Source of the DNA: Marsupella aquatica
Taxonomy: Eukaryota; Plantae; Marchantiophyta
DNA length: 64,000 bases
Assembly (NCBI GenBank): GCA_973895155.1
Contig: OZ316898.1
Span: forward strand, 1,337,827-1,401,826
Direction: 5' to 3'
The notes under the pieces are model-generated. The model was not told the origin of the DNA and did no database searches. It saw only the letters and a program-made list of their open reading frames with translations. Position 1 is the first letter of the stretch. Each line of letters begins with the position of its first letter. Shown in pieces: positions 50,679 to 62,907 of this stretch. The position numbers were made by a program, and so were the translations under genes.

Positions 50679-51929
50679 GTGACTGAGCAAAATGGAGTTA
50701 GCCAAAGTGATCACATCTAGCTAACTATATGATTGCAGGCAAGAGTGTCTGAAAACGGCATAGCTTGTAAGGAGATATACAGGAAACCAATTGATTAGTT
50801 AAACAAGCTTGAGTGTCCTCACCTCCTTGAGCAAGCTGTCTAGTGACTAAGTAAGTGAATACCTTCAGTACATAGACCTTGCTACTTTATGGATCATCCA
50901 TGACAGTTTTGTTTGGGTGGCATTTGCTGAATTTGAGAAATTGGAATGAAAAGGCTAGGAATAACTAGTGTAAGCTCCTTTAGTGTAAGCTAGAGCCACA
51001 AGAACATCAGTCTTGGGAAAACCGGTGAGATTTCTAATGGTTGTCAGTACTCGAACGGGTACTCGAAAGAAAGAAGAACGGCTCAATTATTGTAGCAGCT
51101 CCAAATTGATGCAAATAAAAAAAAGATTTTTCTAGATTACCAAATTTGTTTGGAATTGGATCCTCCAACAAAACATGTTGTTTCTTGCTTAAATGCACAT
51201 CAAAAGCAACATATTGTGTTTTGTTCCCTGACTGTGGCACTCCCCTACGTTAAATGGATTTTTTATACTACAATAAAACCCAATTGTTCTTTTATCTGAA
51301 TGTTGTTCTTTCTACAGACTGAGCTTGCTGCTACAATTTTGTTTACTGTGCTGTGGGGCAGTTGCCCTTACCTTGGACAAATTTAATTTTCATACCATGA
51401 TAAACCCAATTGTTCTTTTCTCTAAGCGCTCTTTCTACAGAAGTTGCTGCTACATTTTTATGTGCAGATTGCAAAGTCCCCAACCCAGAAAGCAATCCAG
51501 AATGCTCTTGTATCCCCATCATTCTACATTGATGCTCGTGCCAGTGATCACCACCCACAAATACCCACAACTTGGCACAAAGCATTAAAGAAAATAGATC
51601 TAGGGAGTCAGTGGTGATGTGGGCAACTAGGGACCTGAGATACTGTAGATCTGAATCATGGTTGGGCCACGCCTCACACACAACTCCAAGAGGGATCAAG
51701 ACACTCTCAAAACCTGTTGAGCCCCTTGTTTTTCTGGTTCAGTCTTGTGTAAAATTACAGTCTGTGACCCTAACTGAAACCCAACTTTTGGGCAAAGTTT
51801 AGGCACTCAAAGGTTTTTGGTTTGAGATGAGTCATCACACCCGCACATGGGTTATCTGAGCATCATCCAATTTTTCAACTGGGTCATTTTTCTGAAGAGC
51901 GCCAATGCATTGGCACAAATTGACTGTCG

Positions 51930-52030
51930 TGCAGACCCAAGTGCACTGACCACCCGAGATAATGGCGGTAGCATTTTTTGCAGACCCCAATGCACTGACC
52001 ACCCGAGATAGTGGTAGTAGCATTTTTGGG
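51930..52030. repeat. ~49-bp tandem duplication
   Basis: gcagaccc...tgcactgaccacccgagata.tgg..gtagcattttt x2. Confidence 0.8.
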
Positions 52031-53269
52031 GGAACCACGGATTGTGGACTCGCAAACCTCGCAGAGGACTAGGGTCATGGAAACCCTCCATGGAACCCAA
52101 CTGAAACAGCCATGACTCTCCTCCCCAACTATACATTGCACACCCTTAGTTTGATTTCCAGGGTTTAGCTGCAGTAGAGGTACACTAGTTCAATGTCTCA
52201 ACTAAGAGAAAAATTGTGGACCTTGTCAACAGAAAGTCATCTCTCACTTACCCTGATCTCCCTTAACCTCCCCGGACGACTTTGGGCCCCATAGAAAGCA
52301 AAAGGGCTGATCGAGGAGACATTCTCTTTGCGCCATCTGTCTCTTCAGCAATCACTGATTCTATTCTACCAGTACGTTCAGCCTCTAGAAAATCTTCCTT
52401 CGGAATTTTCTTTTACAGCTTTCTTGTGCCAGGGGAAGCGTAGCTCACATGTCACCCATCAGAACACAGCAAGAGTCATTGATTACAGCTTGCGAGCTTG
52501 ATGATTACAAATTTGTCTCAATGAAATGTATGATCCTTGAATTTTGAAGGTTTCAATTCACCAAAATTTTATGACATGACCGGATATGCAGGTCAACAAA
52601 TTTCCATGCACCACGATACGATACCGTATGTAAGGTATGTCACGAATCAATGCTGAACTTCATTACAGGAGAACTTTTTGACGAGGCAACTGTATAGTAT
52701 TTTAGTTTAAACTCAAGGAAGAGCTGAAACTTTCCACATGATCATAAGACCCGCCGACGGAGGTACAGTAGTTCTTAGTTTAGCCCGTTTTCCGCTGTGT
52801 ACGTTGGTCATAGTTGTGGGATTGACATTGTGGGAACTCCAGCACAGGAAAGTGTGCTGACTTAGAGCTGGTCAAGTAGAGTATAGAAAGGACTCAGGAC
52901 ACGAACCACGACTCGCCAGATATAAAGGGGAAGTGTCCATGACTTCCCTTTTGTCACATTCCAGACACTCCCTAGTCCCTTCCTACTCCCTTCGACCAGC
53001 CCAGTCTCCTCCGCGACTTCAGGGAAAAAAATACTGAATGCCCGTTCCGCGGGCCGTTCCGCAGACGTAAATTAATCGAGGTGAGAACATTGAAGCCCAT
53101 TGCCCGTTCACTGATTGGCATTCAATTGGTTTGCAGTGACTCCTCACACCCTGCCCCATTTTCAGAGACTCATCCTGCCCCCCACTTGCACCCCTAATTC
53201 AGTTATGCCCCAAGAGTCCCGGTCTGCAGGCTTTCAGTCTAGACGTACAGAAAGTAGACCCTGAACAAT

Positions 53270-53492
53270 AAGCTCACATCATGTTCACATAGCAATTCTA
53301 GTACAACAAGTTCACATAGCAATTATATAGTTAGATGCTGTTCACATCAGGTTCACATCTCAATTATGTAGTTAGATCGTAAATTATAGTTCTGTTCACG
53401 TCAGGTTCACATGTCAATTATCTAGCTAGGTGCATCGCCACTAAATAGGTCTGTTCGCATCAGGCTCACATGGCAATTGCATAGTTAGATGC
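53270..53492. repeat. Degenerate tandem repeats upstream of the BAHD gene
   Basis: Recurring tgttcacatcaggttcacat..caattat.tagttagat unit, about 4 copies. Confidence 0.65.
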
Positions 53493-54595
53493 GAGTGTCC
53501 CCCACGATTTTGGAAATATTAATGGTGAAAGAGTGGATCCAGGTCTGATGATGGACAGTGGCTTTCACCGTGAATCAGACCCTGATGATGGACACTGGTT
53601 TTCACCGCGGATCCGGTCCGATGATGAACAGCGGCGCTTTAATAAAGGATCGGTCACCAAACAGTCTAAGAATTCCATTCTACAGACTTTAGTCGTGGCG
53701 CTGAGTTTTACTAGCTTGAACCGTAGGGCGGCACTTCATAGAGCCATCCTTCCGGGAAGTGCATTATCACTCACACGATTAACCCATTTCTTGCCTGTAA
53801 TCCTTTTTCTGAAGTAGAGTACATTGTGCGGTTTCCGGTTTTCTAGTGATGGGCAGCGCTTGCGGTTGCTCCCTGCCGAGGCCTCGCTATGCGTAGAGGG
53901 GGAAGAGTCTCAAAATTCACGGATTACTTCACGGTAACTCTCGTTGATGACGTTCTTGTTGGAATCTATGATGTGCTGAGAATTATGCCTGAGTAGTTTG
54001 ACATTTGGGGCAACACGACGTTGTGGAAGCGGTCTTGAGTCTGGCTGCGGGAGTCATCGGTCCAGTCAGGATTACATGCACAGAGGAGCGGACGAAATAC
54101 CATAGGACAGTTGTGTCACGTTGGGACCTACGTTTGAGGTGGGGAATCCTTCTTCTTTACAGCCACACAGGGATATTATTTTGGTCTGTCTGTTGGTTCA
54201 TGCCCAGGCAAATTGTTGCCATGTCTCCAGGTTCGGCGTTTCTTCCCTTGGGCACTGTGATATAATTTGTGGGAGCTGCTTGTTACATTATTTTAGTTAG
54301 ACGTCTATGTACTCTGTATTCTGTTGGACTTTTGTGTGCCACGTCAAACTGTTAGATGCCGTGATTCTCGATGGCTTTGGAGAAGGGCGGATTGGTTGAG
54401 TGACGGAAGCATGTACAATGTCGTCATCTCCACTCATGATCAGGCTTCTATACTTGGTAGTGGACGCCTGATTGGCTGAGTCAAGTTGTCCAAATTTACA
54501 GCGCTTCATGACTGGAAGCTCTAATCTGTTGATGCTAACAATGTGACTCGTCATGAATGCAGAAACGCACTTCTGTTAACACTTATTTTTCCAAC

Positions 54596-56219
54596 ATGAA
54601 GATCACGTCCTACGAATCCACGCTGGTCAAGCCTGAGATTCCCACCCTGCCGCAAGTTTTATCTTGCTCGGCTTGCGACCATTTTGCCCGTCCGGTTCAC
54701 GTCCGCACCCTCTATTTCTTCGGTGAACAAAGCCCTGGAGCCAACAAGGATGCCCCCCAGGTTCTGAAGAATGCTTTGAGTAAGCTGCTGGTCACCTTTT
54801 ACCCCAACGCCGGAAGGGTGAGGCACAAGAGGGATGGATCTGGAGATCTGGAGATCGACTGTAATGATGCAGGTGTTGTCTTCATCAAAGCTTCTGTTGA
54901 TATTTCCATCGAGGACTTGGGAGGCTTTCAGCCAAACCCTCTCTTCGACAAGCTATCCCCTTATGCAGATCACTCCTTGCCCATTGAGGAACAACCTGCA
55001 CAGCTCTTGCAGGTAGCCTTTGTGAATTGGCCTCTGCTCTTTCTCTTTCTGTAGACGCGTCTCCTTTCGTCAATTAGTAGGTGGGAGGCTCTGAAATTCA
55101 AGATCCCCAGGTCATTCGGACAAATGCCATGAATCGAGGTGAACATTCGTATCGTTTCCGGTTCCCTGGATTGTAGAGATTATGGGTAAACTAATGAGGC
55201 TGGATATAGAGAGATGAAGGTTGGTGAAGCGTCGAAATAATTGGACCTTGCTGAACAACTTGCCTCATTCAATGTCAGACTTCCAATTAAACTCTTAATG
55301 TTGATGTGAATGGCAGGTGACAATATTCGCGTGTGGAGGATTCTCACTAGGAATGGCTCTGCACCATACAATAGCAGATGGAGTATCCGCCAACAACTTC
55401 ATTGTCTCATGGACCGAGGTTGTTCTTGGGAAGCCCATTTCTGTGAAGCCAATATTCGACCACACTCTGTTGAATTCCGCAGGAGCGCCAGTGCCCCCTT
55501 CGCCCCCAGCGGAGTTGATATTACGCCCAAAGGGCGTAGGTCCCGTGGCAGCTGCGAACAGACCTGTGACGAAGCGGGTCTTCACATTCACCCCCGACCA
55601 GTTGAAGAAAATTAAGGAAGAGGCCAACAGCGAGCAGGTAGCTGGGAACGATAGACCCTTCTCTACGTTCGAGGCTCTATCAGCTCACACTTGGCTGAGT
55701 ATCATCAGAGCCAAAGGCTTGGATGCGAGCGAGGAAGTGAAGTTCTTCACCACCTTGGATGCGCGAAAAAGGTTGAAGCCGGAGCTACCGGACGGGTATT
55801 ATGGAAACGCTATCATCTTCACATCGAAGAAGACCACCGCAGGAGAAATTTTGAGTAAAACGTTGTCATTTTCTGCTAGTTTAGTGAGAGAAGCTGTGGC
55901 CAAAATGACGAACGAGAATATGAGGTCGATGATCGCCTGGGCCGACGCTCAAACGGAATCCGTCATGATTGCCATCAACACTGCAGGGAATGACGTTTCT
56001 TCAGCTGGATGGTTCAGGATGTCTTTCTACGACACTGACTTTGGTTACGGCAAGGCCTTGTTCGCTGGACCGGCCGACAACCCCTACAACGGTGTGGTGC
56101 TCATGCTTCCCGGGCACATCGGTCCCGGATCAATTAACATTTTCATCAATCTATACACCGAACACATGGAGAAGCTGGAGAATGATGCGGACTTCCTTAT
56201 GCACAAGATTATTGGATAA
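54596..56219 (+). CDS. BAHD acyl-CoA acyltransferase (HCT/HHT-like superfamily), 2 exons: 54596-55012 and 55317-56219
   Basis: LVTFYPNAGR, IDCNDAGV.F, catalytic HTIAD (HxxxD) and DFGYG (DFGWG variant). The intron falls at the conserved Q|VT position with GT-AG. Confidence 0.95.
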
Positions 56220-57452
56220 CTTGATATGACGACCACAGTAGGGTACAAGCATTCCACGGGTCGCACATTGTGAGGTCAGTCAAGTGGTGCACCTGGTGAC
56301 GGTCTAGCAAGACAATTTTCATGGTCAGGTGGCTGATCTGATCCAGTGACTGGGCGCAAACGGGGATCAGTGAGTCTTCCTCTTCAGGGCTGGACCATGA
56401 TCTCCTGACTCGAGCTTTTCTCCATCGTGTCCTGGAGCTGAATTCTTTGCACTTCGAGGATTTGAATTAGCAATTCAAATCGAGGTCATTCTCTTCAAAC
56501 TTGCAAATCTTGCGACAAGCGGTTAATCTTCTATCATATCGTGTGGAGTCTCGATTGAATTGATTAGCAGATTGGTCAGTGACATGGCTTTGATAGAGAG
56601 TTGCTCAGCACTGGAATCTCGGAGCGGTAGCTTCTACTGAGGGAAGAGTTCTTGCTAAAGAAGGAGTGCAGCTACCGTTGAGCCAGTGGCAGGTGAACTA
56701 TGTACAGAACGACGCTCAATTCTGATGAATCTGTGGAGAAGGAATATGTACTTTAGGGTTTAGGGTTCCATTTAATTCTTTGTCGAACCGCATTCTTTGA
56801 AAGGAATCTCACGTTTCCTTCCGGAAGTTGAATACGCGGAATACTACCAATAAAGAAAATCACATTATCTTACAATTTTTGGTGATTGTTTTGTGGTTGA
56901 TGCCCCTTCTAATTTCGAATCAATGTTCTGATTTCGAATCAATGTAAAGTTGTAATGTCACAAATCTTATGTTCTGCTAAGCCAATCCAATCATCTGCCC
57001 AACATTTCAGTGTGCTTTAAATGTTTTCCTTGTTCACAGGTCTTTGATTTCCTAGATTTTGTTACCGTTGTGACATGATTTGGGCCTCTTGTGTCTGTTG
57101 GGTAGTCATACGGTTGGCAGGGGTTGGGGGGGGGCACATCATGGAATTGACAATTCTCTTACATGACAGTTGAGGTTCCTTTTAGGTTGAATAATTGCAT
57201 TTACAAAATATTGTTTGCAAATTGTTTGCAAATTGTTTGAACAATTCCAAGTCTCTGAATGACGTGACAAAACTCGAGTGGGAATGCATTAACTCAAGAT
57301 CAAACAGATGTATCAACTCAGCTGCAGCTGCTGGAGAACAAAAATCACAGTTTCTCAGCTACTGTAGCGGGGCCTACACTGCGGTCTTCCATCTTGTACA
57401 ACTTCCTGACAGTCACAGACGATTCAACTATTCCATCTATCTCTAATCAGCT

Positions 57453-60400
57453 CTATCTTATTCTGAATGCAGTTGTGAGCATCTCCTTGAGAGATTTGAA
57501 CCCCCCTCCAACCGGTAAAATCTCCAACGATGAATGGAGGACGAGCAATTCCACACCCCTCATACTCAGCCAGATTGCTGGATCTCTAATGTAGTCCTGG
57601 ACAAGTAACGCCACGAGAGCATGAACAAGTCTGTTCAGATAAAGCACAAATTGTCAAGCATTTCAATGCAGGAACAGAGACAACACCTGAGTCTCTACTA
57701 AAGGTCTTATGGACTAGAGTGTAAATTTGTGGTAAGGACAAAATGCGTTATGAGCGTCCGTCTATAATGCACGTTCACCCTAGAAAACAGCAATTAATCA
57801 TGTTGCGAAACTATTGGGCCTGTTCAGAAGCAAAATATCGTACCTTCTCAGTGAGGACAAGTAAAACTGAGCTGCCTGGAAACCTTTGCTGAAGCTCAAA
57901 ATACTTCACAGAAATGTCAATTAGTTCCTGAAATTCAACAAGACACTGTGTTAGTGACAGAAAGTATCTTCCCAAACAGTCACAGACCACATGAAGTCTC
58001 TGGTTTTCTAACAAGAAGGCTCACCTTGGCTTGGAAATTGTGGTGATCAAGATAGTCCATCCGCTCCACATGGAGAGTGCCCATCTAAGTATTCACAAAA
58101 AATAGAAGACAGGTTATACTCAGTGGTAGCGTCCAGTGCAGGAAAATTGGATATTCCTAGTTCAGCGGATTCCAGAGGCCAGAAAAGAAAAAGAAAATGA
58201 CGGGATCTCATAGAAGAAAAAGAATCATGCCTGCTGAAGGGCCAGCGAAACTGATTCTGGGCAGCCAACACCGGAGACACACAGCACAACTGATTCTTTG
58301 ATTATATCTAATGAAACCAGGGGCCAAGACTTGTGAATGTGCTGTGGGTACACGGCATCCATGCCAGAACTTGGTAACCTGAAGAAATAGCGTGGAGCCA
58401 TGCGGGACAAAATCACTACAGATCCAGGTCTCATCAACTGTCCCAAAGCGTCTCTCACACTATCCATTTTCTCATCGGAGACCTGACCAGAGCAGCAGAA
58501 TTAGATATGTTTTCGTTCGTCAAATGAACTTTCGAGCGTTAAAAACCAAATTCCAAATGCATTAGGACAAGATCACTCTTCAGTCTACTTTGAAGCCTTC
58601 TTTTCTACGGCTTTTTCCAAATTCGCATTACATACCAAATCTGCATGATGCAGTACAATCACATCAGCTCGCCTCAGTTCTTCGAGAGATTCTCGCAATG
58701 GACCCCTTGGGACCATTTGGCTATTGCCCCATGTCGTGATTAGATTCACCATCACAATCTCCAAGTTTCTTGTCAATTGCCAATGCTACCGCAAGACATG
58801 TCACAACATTGTGTGAAGTTCAGTCAAAGAGTACATGCAGTAGTCCAGCCGAGTAAGGAAACTAGAGAATACTGTAAGCGCAGTCAACAAGCTGGGCTCT
58901 TGGGGTCTTATGCACCCAGTAGGTGGTGAAGTAGGTGATGTACCTGCATACCATCATCCAGAATTACGACTCCGACCTTTCCATGTCTTCCCGTATGATG
59001 CCTAGGTAGCTGTTCTCTGCTCCTTGGCTCGATGCACTCAACCGACTGCTCACTCTCTGAGGTGTCCATGATGCCATGTTCCTCGAGGATTGACCTTGCA
59101 ATTGCAGCTCGATTTGGACCAACACCGACTTTTGCACAAGAGTCTTCAAAGTGCATCTGTAATAAACGGGCCTCATCTCCACCCGCATAACCCTACACGA
59201 ATGTCCGCTTACAGCAAAAACGATTTAGTAAAGAATATCAAGAAAGCACAGTGCCGTGCGAGGAGGTGACCCCTACGAACAGCATTTGTGTATCAAACCT
59301 GATTCTTGGTCTAGAACTATTAGGCAAATTAAGAACGTGTGTAACTTAAGAAATTGAGTATAATCTAAACTTCGCAACAAACTGTTCCACACAAGAAATG
59401 AAGCTGTAAGCATCATGCAGTACATCTTACCCTAGTGAGAATGAGGGGGCAAATCCCTCCATGGAGAAAACACCCAGACAAATATTCGACCATTGGAGTC
59501 TTCCCATTGCCTCCCCATGTTATATTCCCAACACTGATCACTGGAACCGGCAACCTGCAGAAAACTACATCACGATGAATCTACAATGAGCATACAATAT
59601 TGTCTGTATAGACTGTGACCTTCAGAGGAACGGAACAACGAACACATAGGCCAAGATAAACCAAGGAATATCACTTTGTTGACGAAATGGAAACTTTCCG
59701 GTTGCGTGGGTACCCATGAACGTAATGGATTGAACTCCCAATTTTTGGTAAGCTTAAAACCATTACCTTCATCTAAACGAGCAACGACACCACCACTGTA
59801 GTTGATTCACCGCTGATTTATCTCGAATGGTAGCTTAGGGATGATTCGGTTGGAGAATATTTATTTCTACTTCTTTGAGTGTAGAAACAGGTCATAGGTT
59901 TCGGGACGTCCACCGATAGCAAACGACTTTGTTGCAAAAGCTAGCTTTTTTCAACACGCAATTGGGCTTCAAAGGTACTTGTAATGGTACAGAGCTCCGT
60001 CACGTAAGAAATTATGTATGCACTATAAAAATTAGTCAGAACGCAGGAAACAATCGCAGTTCACCAAAAGAACGAAACGCTCATCATACTTGATTGACAG
60101 GCACCCATTCGATATGAACACATTGCCAAAGCAATACGAAATGACCCTCGACACTGAAAGTGCAAAAGCAACAGTCCCAACAGTTAACAACAATTCTTGC
60201 CGACATGCAAACCCTTTCACTCAGATAATACCCAAATAACTTCAGGGATAGTACCAAGCTCCTTGAGAGCAGTAGAAAGTGCACAAGAAACTGTCGCTCG
60301 CAGTCTGAGCATTCCATTAAATTAAGACGAGAAACCTACATTCATAGGTACTGGGAATGTATGGCCCTGGAACGACGAATTGATATTTGCCTAGAATTCA

Positions 60401-61867
60401 AGTGGCACTGACTCCCAACAATGACCAACACTACCACTTTTGTCATTTCTGTCAATGGCAATACCAAGTTTACACAGACCACTTTCCTTAATTCCGGTGG
60501 ATCTTTATTTCGTTTTTTAACATCTAGAATCCAGAATCAGACTGATTTTGATAATGTCGAAAAAAGTGTCCCTTGTACTAACATTCTAGTTGTGAAATAA
60601 ATCCACTTCATTGCAGATGGATGTGCAACATGGTTCGCAACTCCAGACAGATTAAACATGAGCTCCCAAAGGACAGGTCACCTAGGATATTGAATCTATA
60701 ATTCAGTTAGTTTAGATAACTGTGCTCCTGCATTAGAGTTTGCCTTCACATAACCCAAGGCTCTCAATTCTTGCAAGAGCCTCTTTTCGGCAAACGCCTC
60801 GAGTGTGGGACTATTCGATGGAAGGTTGGCTGCGAGAATTATGCTCCAGCCTATTTTTAAAGAAAGTCTTCGGGCCATGCTTGCTCCGACGCTGTCGGCA
60901 CCTCCACCGATGAGAGTTGTTAAGCTCGGTGTTTTGTCAAAAGGCGAAGGGAATGAAGCATAAAGATGGCCTAGTCGCGCGGAGTTGCAACCAACCCAAA
61001 TGTATAACTGGTCCGTGAATTTCAATATCTGGAAATGAAAGGTGGCCTCGTCAATTTCGTCTGAAAATGCAGAGAGGGGAAGGCCTCCACCATCGCCGGC
61101 AACAACAACGTCTTCCATGGGACAGAACTAATTGAATGAAGGACTCCCGTCCGTCGCAAAGCGTCCTCCACAAACGATCCACTCTTCAGCGATTCGTTCG
61201 CCCTTTCGCTCGGTCGCGCGAAGCAGATTAAGGAGCAGCTCAGCACAAAGCAAACCTACGATGCGAAAGTGAGGCTCTTCAGGGCAATGCTGGGGACAAG
61301 GGGAGGTTCCCGTAGTAGTAAGTCACAAAATCAATCCAGTGCGGTCGACAACCATCTGCTCCACAGTGTCTCTGATACGAAATGAAAATAGAGGTCACAA
61401 ACACTAACAGTTCGCTGGATATGAAACGAAAGTAAAGATGATAAACCCTGAACCCAAAATCCAGGAAAGCTTCAGCCTCGAAGACGGCGAAAGAGCAGGC
61501 ACACAGTTTCTCTGATATGAAATGAAAATAGAGGTCACAAACACCAACACTTCGCTCGATATGAAACGAAAGTAAAGATGATGACCCAGAACCCAAAATC
61601 CAGGAAAGCTTCAACCCCGAAGATTGCAAAAGAGCAGGAAGAAGGAGAGTTGCTGGGCACGGAGGACGGCGAGCGAGCTATGTACCTAGTTGGCGTGAGG
61701 AGGCCGTAGTGGTACAGGCGCCGGCGCAAGAAGGAGGTCGCAGAGTAGAGCACAGAAGCCAACGAGAGGATTGGGAGAAGCGCCTTTTCGAAGAAGGGAA
61801 GGGTGGGCACGAGATTGTCGTCCGTTTTCGCAATGCGGGCGACAGCTTCTCGAACTCGCTGCCTCAT
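57453..61867 (-). CDS. LPXK: Tetraacyldisaccharide 4'-kinase (lipid A 4'-kinase), about 8 exons
   Basis: Exon 1 61867-61686, exon 2 59554-59431 ([22 protein letters not shown]), exon 3 59192-58944 (GYAGGDE...ILDDGMQ), then HWQL..PRGPLRE, VSGVGCP, DHH, LTEK|DY, and stop at 57453. Confidence 0.93.
60696..61118 (-). CDS. PAC4: Proteasome assembly chaperone 4 (PAC4/PSMG4-like), intronless, nested in LpxK intron 1
   Basis: 140-aa ORF with FHFQIL...YIWVG...LGHLYAS...SMARRLS...LAANLP...FAEKRL, matching my recollection of the plant PAC4 family. Confidence 0.85.
   Translation of the reverse strand: MEDVVVAGDGGGLPLSAFSDEIDEATFHFQILKFTDQLYIWVGCNSARLGHLYASFPSPFDKTPSLTTLIGGGADSVGASMARRLSLKIGWSIILAANLPSNSPTLEAFAEKRLLQELRALGYVKANSNAGAQLSKLTEL
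61372..61640. repeat. ~140-bp degenerate tandem duplication in LpxK intron 1
   Basis: tctctgata.gaaatgaaaatagaggtcacaaacac...gatatgaaacgaaagtaaagatgat...aacccaaaatccaggaaagcttca...aagagcagg x2. Confidence 0.85.
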
Positions 61868-61962
61868 CGTCGTTCCCAGAGATGAAATAACACGAAATCA
61901 TGCACTTCTCGGTGCCCTTCAAAGAAGTTGATTTGCTTCACATTGTACATTTTACCTTTGTA

Positions 61963-62140
61963 CCCATTACTGAGACTGGAGGGAGGTTCAAGTGTTGCAA
62001 TCTAGCTTAATATCAATTATGGGTCATGAGTAGGTATGAATGGTTTCTGTTGGCCATTATTGAGACTGGAAATTCAAGTGTTGCAATCTAGCTTAATCTC
62101 AATTATGGGGGCATGGGTAGCTATCCATGTTTTCTATTGG
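61963..62140. repeat. ~90-bp tandem duplication in the LpxK upstream region
   Basis: ccatta.tgagactgga...ttcaagtgttgcaatctagcttaat.tcaattatggg x2. Confidence 0.8.
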
Positions 62141-62743
62141 GGAGTCTCAAAGCTAGGCCATGCCAGGTTATTGCCTTTCCATAACTCTTGAATTCAAGAG
62201 TTATGCAACTCCAACTCCAATTAACGTATGTTGTGGGAGCCCATCGTTAGCTACTCTAAGAAAAAGCTTACGGGCTCAACACTTAAACTATAACCTTGAT
62301 AATGTTTTTGTAACTTTAGACATGAATCCATAAATTCAAAAATCTGGGAAGATATGATTGAAGGCATATGGGCTTTGGGGCTGACCTGGTAGTGGCTCCT
62401 GCATTCAGGGTGGCAGCTGACCGAGAATTAAATAAAATTGATATCTGCCATCACATTCAGGTGAGATCCTAATCCCTGCCTTATGGGGCTGATCAATTCT
62501 GCCTCCCCTTGTTTTACAAAATCCTTAGTTGGGTCCCATAACCCAAGTTATGGGATGAACTGTAAATCCGTAACTTATGGTTAGTTGTTTGCTTATACCT
62601 CATAAGTAGTGGTGGCAGGTGGCAGGTGGCAGGTATTGATCACTCCCCTTTTTCATTGCATGTTGAACCTCCCTATGCCCATTGAGACTGGAGGCTCTAC
62701 TTGGAGCTACATTGAAGTTGAATCAGACAAGTGTCACAGCCTT

Positions 62744-62907
62744 TTTTCTTTTCTTTCTTTGTGAAAGGAGGCAACGGAAGCCGGTTGCAACATTTGAACC
62801 CAAGACTAATGACTCCCTACTCAAGTGAGCTAGAAGCCAGTTGCAACATTTGTACCCAAGAGGTATGAGTGCCTATTCAAGTGAGCTACCACTCAACCAT
62901 TCCTGCT
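62744..62907 (-). mobile_element. tRNA-derived SINE with internal duplication and ~21-bp TSD
   Basis: Sense strand shows an A-box-like TGGTTGAGTGG, a B-box-like GGTTCAAAT and an A-rich tail. TSD tcagacaagtgtcaca(g/a)cctt at 62723-62743 and 62908-62928. Confidence 0.75.

Noticed and set aside
56752-56767. Telomeric repeat TTTAGGG x2
   Set aside because: Too short to be an interstitial telomere; at most a telo-box or chance.
57453-61867. Bacterial contamination or recent HGT of lpxK
   Set aside because: The gene has spliceosomal GT-AG introns, and nuclear lipid A pathway homologues are established in plants.
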